Source of the DNA: Sphyrna mokarran
Taxonomy: Eukaryota
NCBI GenBank assembly: GCA_024679065.1
Contig: JAGIQG010000040.1
Location: forward strand, 9,300,001 to 9,364,000
Reading direction: 5' to 3'
Length of the DNA stretch: 64,000 nucleotides
The notes below the pieces were generated by a model. That model was given only the letters and a program-made list of their open reading frames with translations, did no database searches and was not told the DNA's origin. Positions 12,210 to 24,044 of the stretch are shown piece after piece. The first letter of the stretch is position 1, and every line of letters begins with the position of its first letter. The translations under genes and the position numbers were made by a program.

Positions 12210-12737
12210 TAGAATCATAAAAACCCTACAGTGCAGAAGGAGTACATTCAACCCATCAAGTCTGCACTGACAACAATTCCACCCAGACCCCATGCCCGCA
12301 ACTCCACCTATTTATTCTATAATTCTTCTAACCTATGCATTCTGGGACAGCAAAGGGCAATTTAGCATGGCCAATCAACTTAACCTACAGATCTTTGGAC
12401 TGTGGGAGAAAACTGTAGCACCCAGAGAAAACCCATGCATCCACAGGGAAAATATGCAAATAGACAGTGACCCAAAGGGGAAATCGATCCCCATTCCCTT
12501 GACCTGTCAGACAGCAGTGCTAACCACTGTTAGTGGCACAGTGGTTAGTACTACTGCCTCACAACGCCAGGGACCTGGGTGCTCCAGTTTCCTCCCACAG
12601 TCTGGAAGACGTGCTGGTTAGGTGCATTTATTTGAACAGGTGGCGGTGTGTGGTGACTAGGGGAATTTCACTACATTGACAATGTAAGCCTTACTTGTGA
12701 CTAATAAAAAAACTTTACTTGTACCACTGTGCCATCC
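12210..12737 (-). mobile_element. SINE (minus) with a second SINE (plus, 12531-12722) nested in its A box
   Basis: 8-bp target duplication ACCACTGT at 12523-12530 and 12723-12730; the host head resumes as 'accactgtgccatcc'. Confidence 0.8.
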
Positions 12738-13120
12738 AAATCAGCTAATAGGAACAGCTTTTTCCCCCTTCTCACATGTGTGCGCGCGCCCCTTAAACAC
12801 AAACCCTGTTCCTCCCTCTTTGCTCCTCCCACAAAGGCGAATAAGTTGGGTTTTTATGACAATCCAGCAGTTTCCAATGGTTACTTTTTCCTAGTTCCAG
12901 CCCCACAAATGGCCAATCAACCTCAGACTGATTCATTCAGCTCAATTTCACAATCTGCCTTTGTGTTTTGTGCGTTCTCTCTCACTCCCATTTTACTGTT
13001 TTAAATCTATTTCACAGGATTTTAGAAGGAGAAGATTTGTAGTTGGGAAATTGAAACCAAACACCACATCAGGATCTAATACAGATGGATTTTATCGTAA
13101 ATAGAATATCATTAGATTAC

Positions 13121-13913
13121 ATGGAAGGAAAAAACACTGTTCACACTGGGGAGAAACCGTACACATGTTCTGTGTGTGGACGAGGCTTCAGTCAATCATC
13201 TGGCCTGTTAGAACATAAATGTACTCACAATGGGAAGAAACCATGGAAATGTAGAGACTGTGGGAAAGGGTTTGATTATCCATCCAAGTTGGAAATTCAT
13301 CAACGCACTCACACTGGGGAGAGACCATTCACCTGCTCCCAGTGTGGGAAGGAATTCAGACACTCATACCACTTACAGACACACCAACACATTCACGCAG
13401 GTGAGAGGCCGTTCACTTGCTCCCAGTGTGGGAAAGGATTTGCTCATTCCTCCAATCTGGTGAGACACCAGCGAGTTCACACTGGGGAGAAACCATTCCA
13501 ATGTTCAGATTGCAAGAAGTGTTATAAAAGTTCTGGGGAACTGATATCCCATCAATGCATTCACACTGATGAGAGACCCTTTCGGTGTTCTCACTGTGGG
13601 ACTGGATTCAGACGATCATCTGACCTCGCTGTACACCAATGAGTTCACACAGGTGAGAGACCTTTTAACTGCCCAGATTGTGGGAAGTGCTATAAAAGTT
13701 CTGGGGAACTACTGTCCCATCAACGTATTCATACTGACACGAAACCTTTCAGGTGCTCTCAGTGTGGAACGGGGTTCAGAAGATCATCTGACCTTACTGT
13801 ACATCTGCGAATTCACACTGGGAAGAAGCCATACTCCTGCTCCGTGTGGAAAAGGATTCACTCAGTTATCCAACCTGTTAATGCACCAGCGAATTCACAA
13901 GAAATCTCAGTGA
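13121..13913 (+). pseudogene. C2H2 zinc-finger gene unit C, truncated or pseudogenised
   Basis: ATG 13121 ([14 protein letters not shown]); five complete fingers, then in-frame TGA at 13640-13642 inside finger 6 (HQ*VHTGERP); two further in-frame fingers, then a 2-bp deletion at ~13845 in the last finger. Confidence 0.8.
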
Positions 13914-14114
13914 TTGGATTTTGCTGTACGTCACATTCTGGACTAAACCAGCTTCGTTGAGGTCTGTTGCTGCTGATGTTCATAACATCCAACCCAATTA
14001 TAAGGTATGAGGAGCTTATGGAGTTTCTTGTTTTGATCTTAGTGACAATCTAATCAGCTGCTTCTGCTGCTTTCCTCCCTTCCTCTAGCTCTAACTGTCT
14101 CATGGGCATCACTA

Positions 14115-14815
14115 TTTGGCCTGCATTTATTGCCCATCTTCTGTTGCCCTTAAGAAGGTGTTGCCGGCTTCTTGAATCGTACAGTCCATGTTGTGTGGGT
14201 TGACCCATAATGCCGTTAGGGAGGGAATTCCAGGAATTTGACCCAATGACTCAAAGGAAATCAGGATGGTGAGTGGCTTGGAGAGGAATTGCAGGTGGTG
14301 GTATTTCCATTTATCTGCTGCTTTTGCCCTTCTAGATGGCAGTGGTCACAGGCTTGGAAGGTGCTGTTTAAGGATCTTTGGTGAATTGCTGCAGTGCATT
14401 TTGTAGATAATACACAACGCTGCTCGTGAGTATCGGTGGTGGAGGGAATGAATGTTCGTACGTGTGGTGCCAATCAAGCAAGTTGCTTTTGTCAAGCTTG
14501 GATGGTGTCAAACTTATTGAGTGTTGAAGCTGCACCCATCCAGGTATGCAACGAGTATTCCATCACACTTCTGACTTGTGCCTTGTAGATGGTGGATAGG
14601 TTCTGGGGAGTCAGGATGTGAGTTACCTAATTTCTAGTAATCCTGGTTTCTGACTTGTTCTTATAGCCACTGAGTTTATGTGGTGAGTCCAGTTGAGGTT
14701 TTGGTCAGTGGTGACTGTAAGGATGTTGACAGTGGGGGGTTCAGTGATGATTCCACCATTGAATATCATGAGGCGATGACTATAGTGTCTGTAGTTGGTG
14801 ATGGTCATTGAGTGC
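14115..14815 (-). mobile_element. Non-LTR retrotransposon fragment of a second family (related pieces at ~5430-5610 and ~62440-62960)
   Basis: Shared blocks 'ttagggagggaattccagga-tttgaccca' and 'ccatccacaag/ctacaaggcacaagtcag'; degenerate RT C-terminal codons (NILTVTTDQNLNWTHHIN). Family not assigned. Confidence 0.55.
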
Positions 14816-16249
14816 ATTTGCTCATTTTCTTAAATTGATGGAGTGTGAGAGTGATAATTACAGCAGGAAACAGAGTGGCTGTGTGAATTTAAACTGAGAG
14901 TTCGATGTGTTAGTAGGGTGGGTACAGAATAGAAATAGATCTGAATGGGCTGTTAGTGATCAAAAAAGATGCATGCTGTGCCACAAAGTATCATGAGTAA
15001 AATAATGATTAAAGAGAATTTACTTTTCTTTTAAATTATCAATGTTATAAAGTAAAGAGATGACGTGTATCAATTCTGGGAGAGATTAGTTCTGAGGAAA
15101 TTGGGTGAGAATAGAGAGATGAAAGGAAAGAACATAGTTAAGGGGATACTGAAACCTATGAAGGGAGTTGTTTCAGACCTCAGCCAACAGCAGTAATATT
15201 TGGTTAACTGCCAGAAAGCAGCGTGAAGGAGGCTGTATGTGAAAAGCCAACTGCTGGTTAACCTCAGAAGCAACACCGACAGGAATAAAGGCACTCAGTG
15301 GTTAAAATAAAAAGTCACTGTATTTTTATAAATCTTAAAATCTATAAGGTGTTGCTGGACAGATTGCTGAAGGTAGTTAAATTGAGATTGTTTGGAACTG
15401 TTTAAAGTACTGGTACTGTGTGAAGCCATTGTATTATTTTAAATGTAATTCTATTTCATTTGTTTTTTTTCTCCCATTTCTTAATTAACATTTTGATTGC
15501 TATAAAACCATCACAAAAAATCAGGGACTTAATTTCTGGATTTCACAACCTCTCCTCATGCAATATAAATTACAGACTCAGATTTGTTGTGTATTTGGGA
15601 TATTGCTGTGTGTGGCATGGTCCCTTTAAAACGACAGTCACATAATCACTCTGTGACATCATCGGCTCTCTGCAGGCTGCCAGTAGTTGGGGAATTGAAA
15701 TTGTCGAGTGCAAACCAAAAACAAACCTGTTTACTGTTTTTATTCAATCTTGTATGGACCTCTTGAATTATTCCCGTCTCTGCATCCTCCCCAACTGTAG
15801 ACAGCACAACATTGAGCAAAATCTGTGTCCTTAACATTAAATAAACTCCAGCTTAGTTACAGGAGTTGGCATTCCAGATAAAAGTCAACTAAATCAGCTT
15901 TGTATTCAACAAGGTGTATCAAGTCTTTTTGAATACCTCTTCACAAAGGATTCTGTCAGCTCCAACAAGTGTGAGGAGTTCATGGCGTCTCAGGTGACAC
16001 AGTGTTTAGTACTGCTTCCTCAGTGCCAGGGACCCAGGTTTGATTCTCGTCTAGTGTGACTATGTGGAGTCTGCATGTTCTTCCCGTGTCTGCATTGAAA
16101 AAACCTGAGTTAACAAAAAATAGCATCGGAAGAGTTGGAGATGCCTCTGCAGTATTCATGGACATTCTTAAACTGCACAAAGTTTCCTTGACTGAATAGT
16201 GTCAGGTGGGAATTTTCATACAGTTTTAGAAATAAAACTATTTGCAGTT

Positions 16250-16510
16250 AAGAATGCCATTCAGCCCATCAAGTCGGGACCAACCACAATCCCACCCATG
16301 GCCTATCTTCATAACCCATGCATTAACTCTAGCTGGTCCCCCTAACAATTTTTAGCATAGCCAATCCACCTAACCAGCATATCTTTGGACTATGGGAGGA
16401 AACCAGAGTGCCTAGGGGAAACCCAAAGTCCACACAAATAGTGACTCAAGCTGTGAATAGAACCTTGGTCCCTGGTGCTGTGCGACATCAGTGCTAACCA
16501 CTGTGCTGTC
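16250..16510 (-). mobile_element. tRNA-derived SINE (a further SINE head lies at 15990-16095, plus)
   Basis: Antisense SINE core 'tctttggactatgggaggaaaccagag' and head 'gtgctaaccactgtgc'. Confidence 0.7.
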
Positions 16511-16944
16511 CCTCAACATTGTTTTTGGAAATAGAGCAGTGCTGACCCAGTCAGTTCTGGAATGTAAGTGGTCAGTTATCCTATTTACAGCAGCAGAGCC
16601 ATATCAGAAAGAAACCATTCAGATATGTGTGTAAATAGATTTATTCATTTTGCCCTTCTGTAACATATTTAAAAGATCAAAGGATTTGATCAACCATGAG
16701 TTCACTCTTGTTGTCAAGTCTGCATGTGTGTGGAGAGGGGAGTTCATTACACCAATTGACACCTTAAGGAGTTCATCTTCAGGTGTAGATGTTGTTTTGC
16801 AATTTATTAAAGTCAGGACAGAGCTGTAGTGCTTACTGACACTAGCTATTTATTTAGTTATTTAAATTTTATACCTTGGTGGTTTGGCTTCGGTCGTAAT
16901 TGAATCACAAAACATGATTATTTTTATGCAATAACTCACTCCAA

Positions 16945-17330
16945 TGGTGGCTATCTTACCCAGCATTCACAGCGAATCAGAATATGGTCTATCCGTTGAA
17001 CAGACTTTGCGCATGCGTACTGTAGCTCTATGGCGCATGCGCAGTGAGATTTGCTGCTGCAGTCGCAGCGAGGCGGTTTATCGGCCCCGGGTTTCCAAGG
17101 AAACGGCTTATTGTGGAGGGTAATGGAGGCGGCGGGGCGGATGGGGAGACTTCATAAGCTCCCAGTACAGACAGGAAAACCCGAATAATAACTGCTCGGT
17201 GCCGCGTTCGTACCATTCGGGGCGGCGACGACAGATTCCTGAGTTGGAGGCCCCGAATTAACGGCCGCCATCTTTACGGGGAGGTGGGCAGCAGTGCGCA
17301 TGCGCGGTGCTCCCTGCCAGCAGGAGGAGA
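16945..17330 (+). promoter_or_regulatory. CpG-island promoter of ZNF unit D
   Basis: ZNF143-like TACCCAGCATTCACAGCG (16957-16974), three NRF1 sites (~17009, ~17033, ~17297), YY1 GCCGCCATCTT (~17264). Confidence 0.7.
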
Positions 17331-17699
17331 GAATGTTGTGAATTTCTATCCTGGACTGACAGTGATGGAGTTTAGAAACTCCTTTTACAGGGAGTTAGAG
17401 GGGGGAGGATTTACACACACAAAACCCAACCCAAGAGAAACGTTTCTCGCTTAATTTCTATTCTTGACTGACGGTGATGATCTTTTTTACAGGAAATTTG
17501 ACGACAAAATTTGAAGGGAAACTCAAACCAGACACCAGATCAAAACCTGACAGAGTCCATTCCATTCATCAGAACCTGAATGTAAGTCTGTCTGTAGAAA
17601 AAAGATCCAAACACTTGTGTGAGCGGAAGTAGGAAACAATAATGTCATGGAAGGATTTGCAAAAAAGGGATGCAATTTGCAAAAAAAAAAATCCAAAAG

Positions 17700-18878
17700 G
17701 AGTTTTTTGAAAAGGTGACCAAAGAGATGGATAAGGGTAAGGCAGTTGACGTGGTATATATGGACTTTAATAAGGTGTTCGATAAGATTCCCTGTGGAAG
17801 GCTTCTGCAGAAAATGCAGATGTATGGGATTGAGGGTGATTTAGCTAATAGCATTAGGAATTGGCCAGTTGATAGAAGACAGAGGGTGGTGGTCGATGGG
17901 AATTATTCATCATGGAGTTTGGTTACAAGTGGTGTTCCTCAGGGATCTGTTTTGGGGCCTCTGCTGTTTGTAATTTTTATAAATGATCTGGATGAGGGTA
18001 TAGAAGGATGGATTACTAAATTTGCTGATGACACCAAAGTTGGAGGAATTGTAGATAGTGAAGAGGGGTGTTATAGTTTGCAGAGAGACTTAGACAAGAT
18101 GCAGAGCTGGGCCGAGAGGTGGCAAATGGAGTTTAATGCGGAAAAGTGTGAGGTAATTCACTTTGGCAGAAATAACAAATGTGTAGAGTATAGGGCTAAT
18201 GGTAGAACTCTTAATAGTGTTGATGAACAGAGGGATCTCGGTGTATATGTGCATAGATCCCTGAAAGTTGGCACTCAAGTTGATAAGGTTGTTAAGAAGG
18301 CATACGGAGTCTTGGCTTTTATTGGTAGGGGGATTGAATTTCAGAGTTGCAACTGTACAAAACTCTGGTGCGGCCGCACTTGGAGTATTGTGTACATTGT
18401 GGAAGCATTGGAGAGGGTGCAGAGGAGGTTTACCAGGATGTTGCCTGGTATGGAGGGAAGGTCTTATGAGGAACGGCTGAGGGATTTGAGGTTATTTTCA
18501 TTGGAGAGAAGGCGGCTAAGAGGTGACCTTATTGTGGCATATAAGATGATCAGAGGATTAGACAGGGTGGATAGTAATAGCCTTTTTCCTCAGATGGAAA
18601 AGATTAGTACAAGGGGACATAGCTTTAAATTAAGGGGTGGTAGATATAGGACGGATGTCAGAGATAGGTTCTTTACCCAGAGGGTGGTGAGGGCATGGAA
18701 TGCCCTGCCTGCAGCAGTTGTAGATGCGCCAAGTTTGGGGATGTTTAAGTGGTCAGTGGATAGGTTTATGGATGAAAATGGAATGGTTTAGGTTCGAGGG
18801 TTATTGCTTTTTCTCCATTGGTCAGCGTAACATTGAGGGCCGAAGGGCCTTTACTGTGCTGTAATGTTCTATGTTCTA
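17700..18878 (+). mobile_element. Young CR1 LINE, 5' truncated, RT domain
   Basis: ORF with GVPQGSVLGPLLF and KFADDTK; two small internal deletions; (TTCTATG) tail; lies within the 5' region of ZNF unit D. Confidence 0.92.
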
Positions 18879-20334
18879 AAACTTCATCACATCCTTGAGT
18901 GAAGAAATCCTTCCTCATCTGAGCTTTGTCTCCATTTTCCAGCCTGTTCCAATAAGTCTTGACTCCCTTGTCATTGAAAAACAGTCTAAGTTATCCTTGA
19001 AGATATTCCATGCTCCATGGCAGAGAAAGCCAGATATTAACAATTGTCTGAGGGAAGGGATTTGTGCAAATATATAATTAGTTCCAATCCAGTGTTACAC
19101 AACAAGATAAGTGCATTTTAATACCGAGCCATAAATAACATATCTAATCTCTACCATATAACAATATCAGACATGTCTCTGTCCTATATTAGTATACTGT
19201 CCCCTTTAATATATTTCAGAAATGAGATGGGCACACGTAGGAAATAAACTTGCAGGGGAAAGGGAACATAGAAGGGGAATGGGATTGACTGGATTGTTCG
19301 ACAGAAGTCAGCATGGACTTGAGTTACTGAATGGATTCCTTCTGTGCTGTAATGACTCTGAATGGTAATATATTACAGAACTACAATGCCTCATTACAAG
19401 ACAAGAAAGAATAAATGGACTTTGTTACAGAACCATAAATAATATGTCAGATCCATAATATAACAACACTTGGCATATCTCTGTCCTATAATAATTTATT
19501 ATTTTAATAATTTAAATGTCAGCCATCTCTGAGGGAAACCAGCTCTTTCATTGTGAACATTAGGAAAGAGACCATTCTTTTAGCCAGACAAATAAATGTA
19601 TCAAGCTGAGGGACCAAAAGATGTCAATGTCTTTGAGAGAATCATAATGCGGAAATTGGCCAGTGAGCTTCAGAATGAAATTTGCTCCTCCGTGCAACAT
19701 CTGGGAGGAAGTCAGTGTTTCCCCCTTTCCACTTCTTTTCTCATTCTGGGGGAAACTGGGGATTTGCAGCAACTGAAGGAAAAGAAAGTGAATCCAGTCT
19801 TACGTTCCACATATTTTTATTCCAGTCGTATGTGTATAGATCGATCTGGCAGCGTCATGGGGATTTTCAGCTCTCTGTGTCCAGGACAGGAAGCAGTGAG
19901 CGTGGATCTGTCAATCAGCACCTTCAGCAGAATTGGGAGGGCGAATATTAGATACAGCAGAGTGAGATTGGAGTGAGAGTGTGGGATGGGGATTTACAGC
20001 TTTTGAGGAATGGGAGAGCAAAAAAATTCCATACAAAGTACAATTGTTTGTTCTGAATTTCAATCCTGTGCTAACATTGATGACTTGTGTCAACTTATTT
20101 TACAGGATATTGAAAGAGGAATCGCAAGCTGAAATCTCAACCATCACATCTAGATCTGGCAGAGTCATATTCCTTAGCACCTGAATATCATCGGCTGTTG
20201 AATCTGGAAGATTTGAAAAGATTTTAAACATCAGTGTGACTGGAAAAGCACCAACACTCTGCCACACTCAAGTGAGAGTGTTCCAGTGCACTGACTGAAG
20301 AGCTTTGACCAGTTACACTGAATAAATACCACAC

Positions 20335-21127
20335 CATTCACAGCGGGGAGAGACTAGACACATGTTGTGTGTGTTGGTGAGGCTTCAACTGATTGTCCAC
20401 CCAAGTGAGAGACAAGGACACCTGCCCCATGGAGAAACCATGGGAATGTGCTGACTGTGGAAAGAGATACAGTATACCCTCTCTGCTGGATGCTCATCGG
20501 CGCAGCCACACTGGGGAAAGGCCATTCACTTGCTCTCAGTGTGGGAAGGGATTCATTCGGTTCCAGCACCTGCAATTACACAAGCTTGTTCACAGTGGGG
20601 AGAAGCCGTTCACCTGTTCTCAGTGTGGGGAGGGATTCATTTGGTCATCCAGCCTGCAGAAGCACCAGCGAATTCACACTGGGGAGAGGCCGTTCACCTG
20701 CTCTCAGTGTGGGAAGGGATTCACTCAGTCATCCAACTTGCAGATACACCAGCGAATTCCGACCACTGTCGGGTGAAGAGAGAGGTTCACCTATTGTTGA
20801 GCTTTGCGCAGTGTGGAAGCGATTCACTCACCAGCGGGCATCAACTTGCAGATACACCAGCGAATTCACACTGGGGAGAGACCTTTCACCTGCTCTCAGT
20901 GTGGGAAGAGATTCACTTGGTCATCCAACTTGCAGATACACCAGCGAATTCACACTGGGGAGAGGCCGTTCACCTGCTTTCAGCATGGAAAGGGATTCAG
21001 TCAAGCATCCATCCTGCAGAGACACCAGCAAATTCACAGTGGGGAGAGGCCATTCACCTACTCTCAGTGTGGAAAGGGATTCAGAGTTTCACCCCAGCTG
21101 CTGAGACACCAACAAGTTCACGAGTGA
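20335..21127 (+). pseudogene. C2H2 zinc-finger gene unit D, disrupted (possibly by an assembly error)
   Basis: Degenerate first finger (20335-20428), open fingers from ATG 20429, scrambled finger at 20760-20845, further fingers with lost Cys ligands (FTCFQHG, FTYSQCG), TGA at 21125-21127. Confidence 0.75.
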
Positions 21128-22540
21128 TATTCAGGGTTGGATTCTGCTGTTATTGTTTCAGCTCTCAGTTACATCCGGAACTGCATTTTGTTCATTCTCA
21201 CAGTTGATCAATGCGGAGGGTTTCTTTCTGTTGGACTGACCAATCTCTTGACTTTGCCTGCAGTAGGCTGATGCTCTTTAAGTCTTGTTGTGAATACCTG
21301 GTTTTAAATTTCATAAGGATCACAGAGTGACTGAGGGTTAGGAAGGTCTGATATTCTGTCTGAAACACTGCCCCCTCTCCGCCCACCCATCCTGCCACAC
21401 ACACAAATGCCTATCCAATTTCCTTTGATTATTTTCACTTCCTCCACCCTCGTAGGGAGCATGTTCCAAGTCAATACCATTCGCTGCAGCGAAATATTCT
21501 TCCTCATGTTCCTCCCCCTGTATCTCTGACTCAAAATCTTAATACTGGGTCCCCTCTTGTCCTTGCCCTATCAGCTAATGGAAACAGCTTTTCTTTGTCC
21601 ACCTTATCTAAACCTGTCAGATTCTTGTCCGCCTCTATCAAATCTCCCTTCAACCTCCTTTGCTCCAAGGGGAACCATCCCAGCCTGACATCGACAATAA
21701 AGAACAAACTAATAAAGTATTGTAATACCTGAAACTGAATGGGAATGTTGAATTTCTGTTTTAAAGATATTGTGAATACATTGTCCTGGACAATAATGAA
21801 ATTGGGTAATGCAGTTTGGATGTGGTTGAATGGAATATATCAATCTGGTATCCACCTACAGTTAGTGAAAGTCTGGAATATGTATCTGGAAATCACTCCC
21901 TAACAGCACTGTGGATGTATTTACAGGCATTGTAGTAGTACAGGAAGGCAGCGTTGGGGTTGACCATGGCCGAGGCAGCTACACACAGCCACATATTCTG
22001 TTATAATTGAAGGACTGCAGATTGAATGTGAGGCATTATGAGACTGGACTGTCTTGACCACATTCCTGTGACTGCTCAGTTTCTGCAATCACAGACCATT
22101 AACGCTGCTTAGCAGGGCCTCCAGGGAGGACCCAGTGAGAATATTTACTGGGAATGAGTTGGAATTAAACTTATCCAAGGACCAGCTGGTGTTAAGCAGA
22201 TGATATTCCTGAATCTGTAAAAAGGGGAGTCTGACAAATCAACAAACAGTGGGAAGTAGTTGGTTAAGAAATCAAGGTGCGTTCTCAGGCATTGTTTAAA
22301 TTAATTTATCCTAAACTTGTGATAAAAATTGTGACTGATTTGTGATCTGATAGTCAGTGAAGTGATGGTATTCTCCAAGTAGCACTGGACTGAAAAGCGG
22401 ACCCTCTGAGAGTAGATCCGAATGGTTATTATCTTACCCCATCATGGCCAGTGAAAAATCAGAGCTTGAGTGGGATCCGGATAGGTCTCTTACCTGCCAT
22501 TTGGAAACTAAGAACACAAAACCTATCAATAAAATGATTT

Positions 22541-22690
22541 GAGAATAGAGCCATTTCGAGTCTGGATGACACTTCATAAGAGCTCTTATAAAGGGTCATC
22601 CAGACTCGAGACATTGGCTCTATTCTCTCTCCACAGATGCTGTCAGAGCTGTGTTTTGTGTTTTTGTTTGATTCCAGCATCTGCAGTGTT
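22541..22690. mobile_element. Short palindromic (head-to-head) Penelope-derived element
   Basis: ~87-nt near-perfect inverted repeat 22541-22627 centred on ATAAGAGCTCTTAT; arms carry GGTCATCCAGACTCGA, as at 10880. Confidence 0.65.
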
Positions 22691-24044
22691 TCACTTTTTT
22701 ATGATAAAATGAGGTTTGGAATCCCCAGGACCCTCTCCCAAAACAGAGAGAGTGATGTGAGAGGGGAAAAAAAGGATAAGAATGAAGAAGTCTGGCTTCT
22801 GATTCTCTGAGGCTGTGTAGGATTAACAAAATGGAGTAAAGCATAGAAGTTACCCATCCCTAACAATAACTGATCAATTACAACGATTAGGTTGAAGAAT
22901 GTAATAAAAAATGAATAGATGAAGTTTAAAATGAAGTCTGTTTTATTAGAAAAGTTTTTTAAAATGATGTAAAATGCTATAATTATGCAAGTTTTTTCTG
23001 CTCATTCCCCACTCCTACAGGCTCTGTAGAAAAGTTAACCCTTTCAGCAATCAGTTGATTTGTTTTTAAGTCACTTGGAAACTCGTCTCTGTTTTAGTTT
23101 ATAATTGTATCTTTATTCGAACCAGTTAACTCTGGAAATTTTAAATGTAACCTGGAGGAATTTGGAATAACTGAGAATTCTCTCGTTGTCACCTCAACTT
23201 CAGATAAAGAACAAAAATTTACAGGTGGTAACAGTAACTCAATAAACTGTTTGTTGATTGAATCAGGCTTGAGTGTTGAATGATTCTTCTGAGTTCATTG
23301 CCCCCAACACATTGGGTACATTACCACTGGAGACCAGATATTGCCAAAACCTTCAGACAATACAAAGACTCTATATGTCATTAAGATGTTAGGATGGCGG
23401 TGCGGGCTCTATTCAGAGAGAGGGAGACATGGACACAGATACATACACAGTCACACACCCAGACAGAGAGAGACACACACAGTCACTCATAGACACACAG
23501 AAACACATGTACGCTCATAGACACACAATCTCAGAGACACAGAAAAACACACAATCTCTGTCAGACACACAGGGATACACACAAGCTCACACACACACAT
23601 AGAAATACATGTACACACTTAGAAACTCTCCCTCACACACCCAGAAACACAGAAACATAACCACACTGACACTCCCACACACTCATTCCTATTTGTGTTT
23701 TACTCCTCACTGCCCCAACTATAAAGCACTGGGATCTGAGCTTGAAATGCTGGAACTGATCAGGGAGGAACGAGTGGGGCCTAATAGACACTGAGAGGTT
23801 CACTTGTGTGTGAATCATAGAATGGGGACAGCACAGGAGGCCATTCAGCCCGTCAAGCCAGGATGGACACCCTGCAAGAGCAGTTTCACTATTCCCACTC
23901 CCCCCACCCTCTCCCCGGAACCCTGTCAATATTTTCCCTTCAGCTTCCCATTCAATCTCCTCTGGATGGAATCTTCTTCCCCCTCCGGCTCAGACACAAC
24001 ATTCAAGATCCCAGCGTTAAAAACATTTCCCCATCACACAACAA

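Noticed and set aside
13640-13642. Selenocysteine or programmed read-through TGA
   Set aside because: Occupies the Arg (CGA) position of the HQRVH motif, so CpG deamination explains it, and a downstream frameshift indicates decay.
20448-21207. Long alternative-frame ORFs over ZNF unit D
   Set aside because: Shadow frames of the 84-nt zinc-finger repeat.
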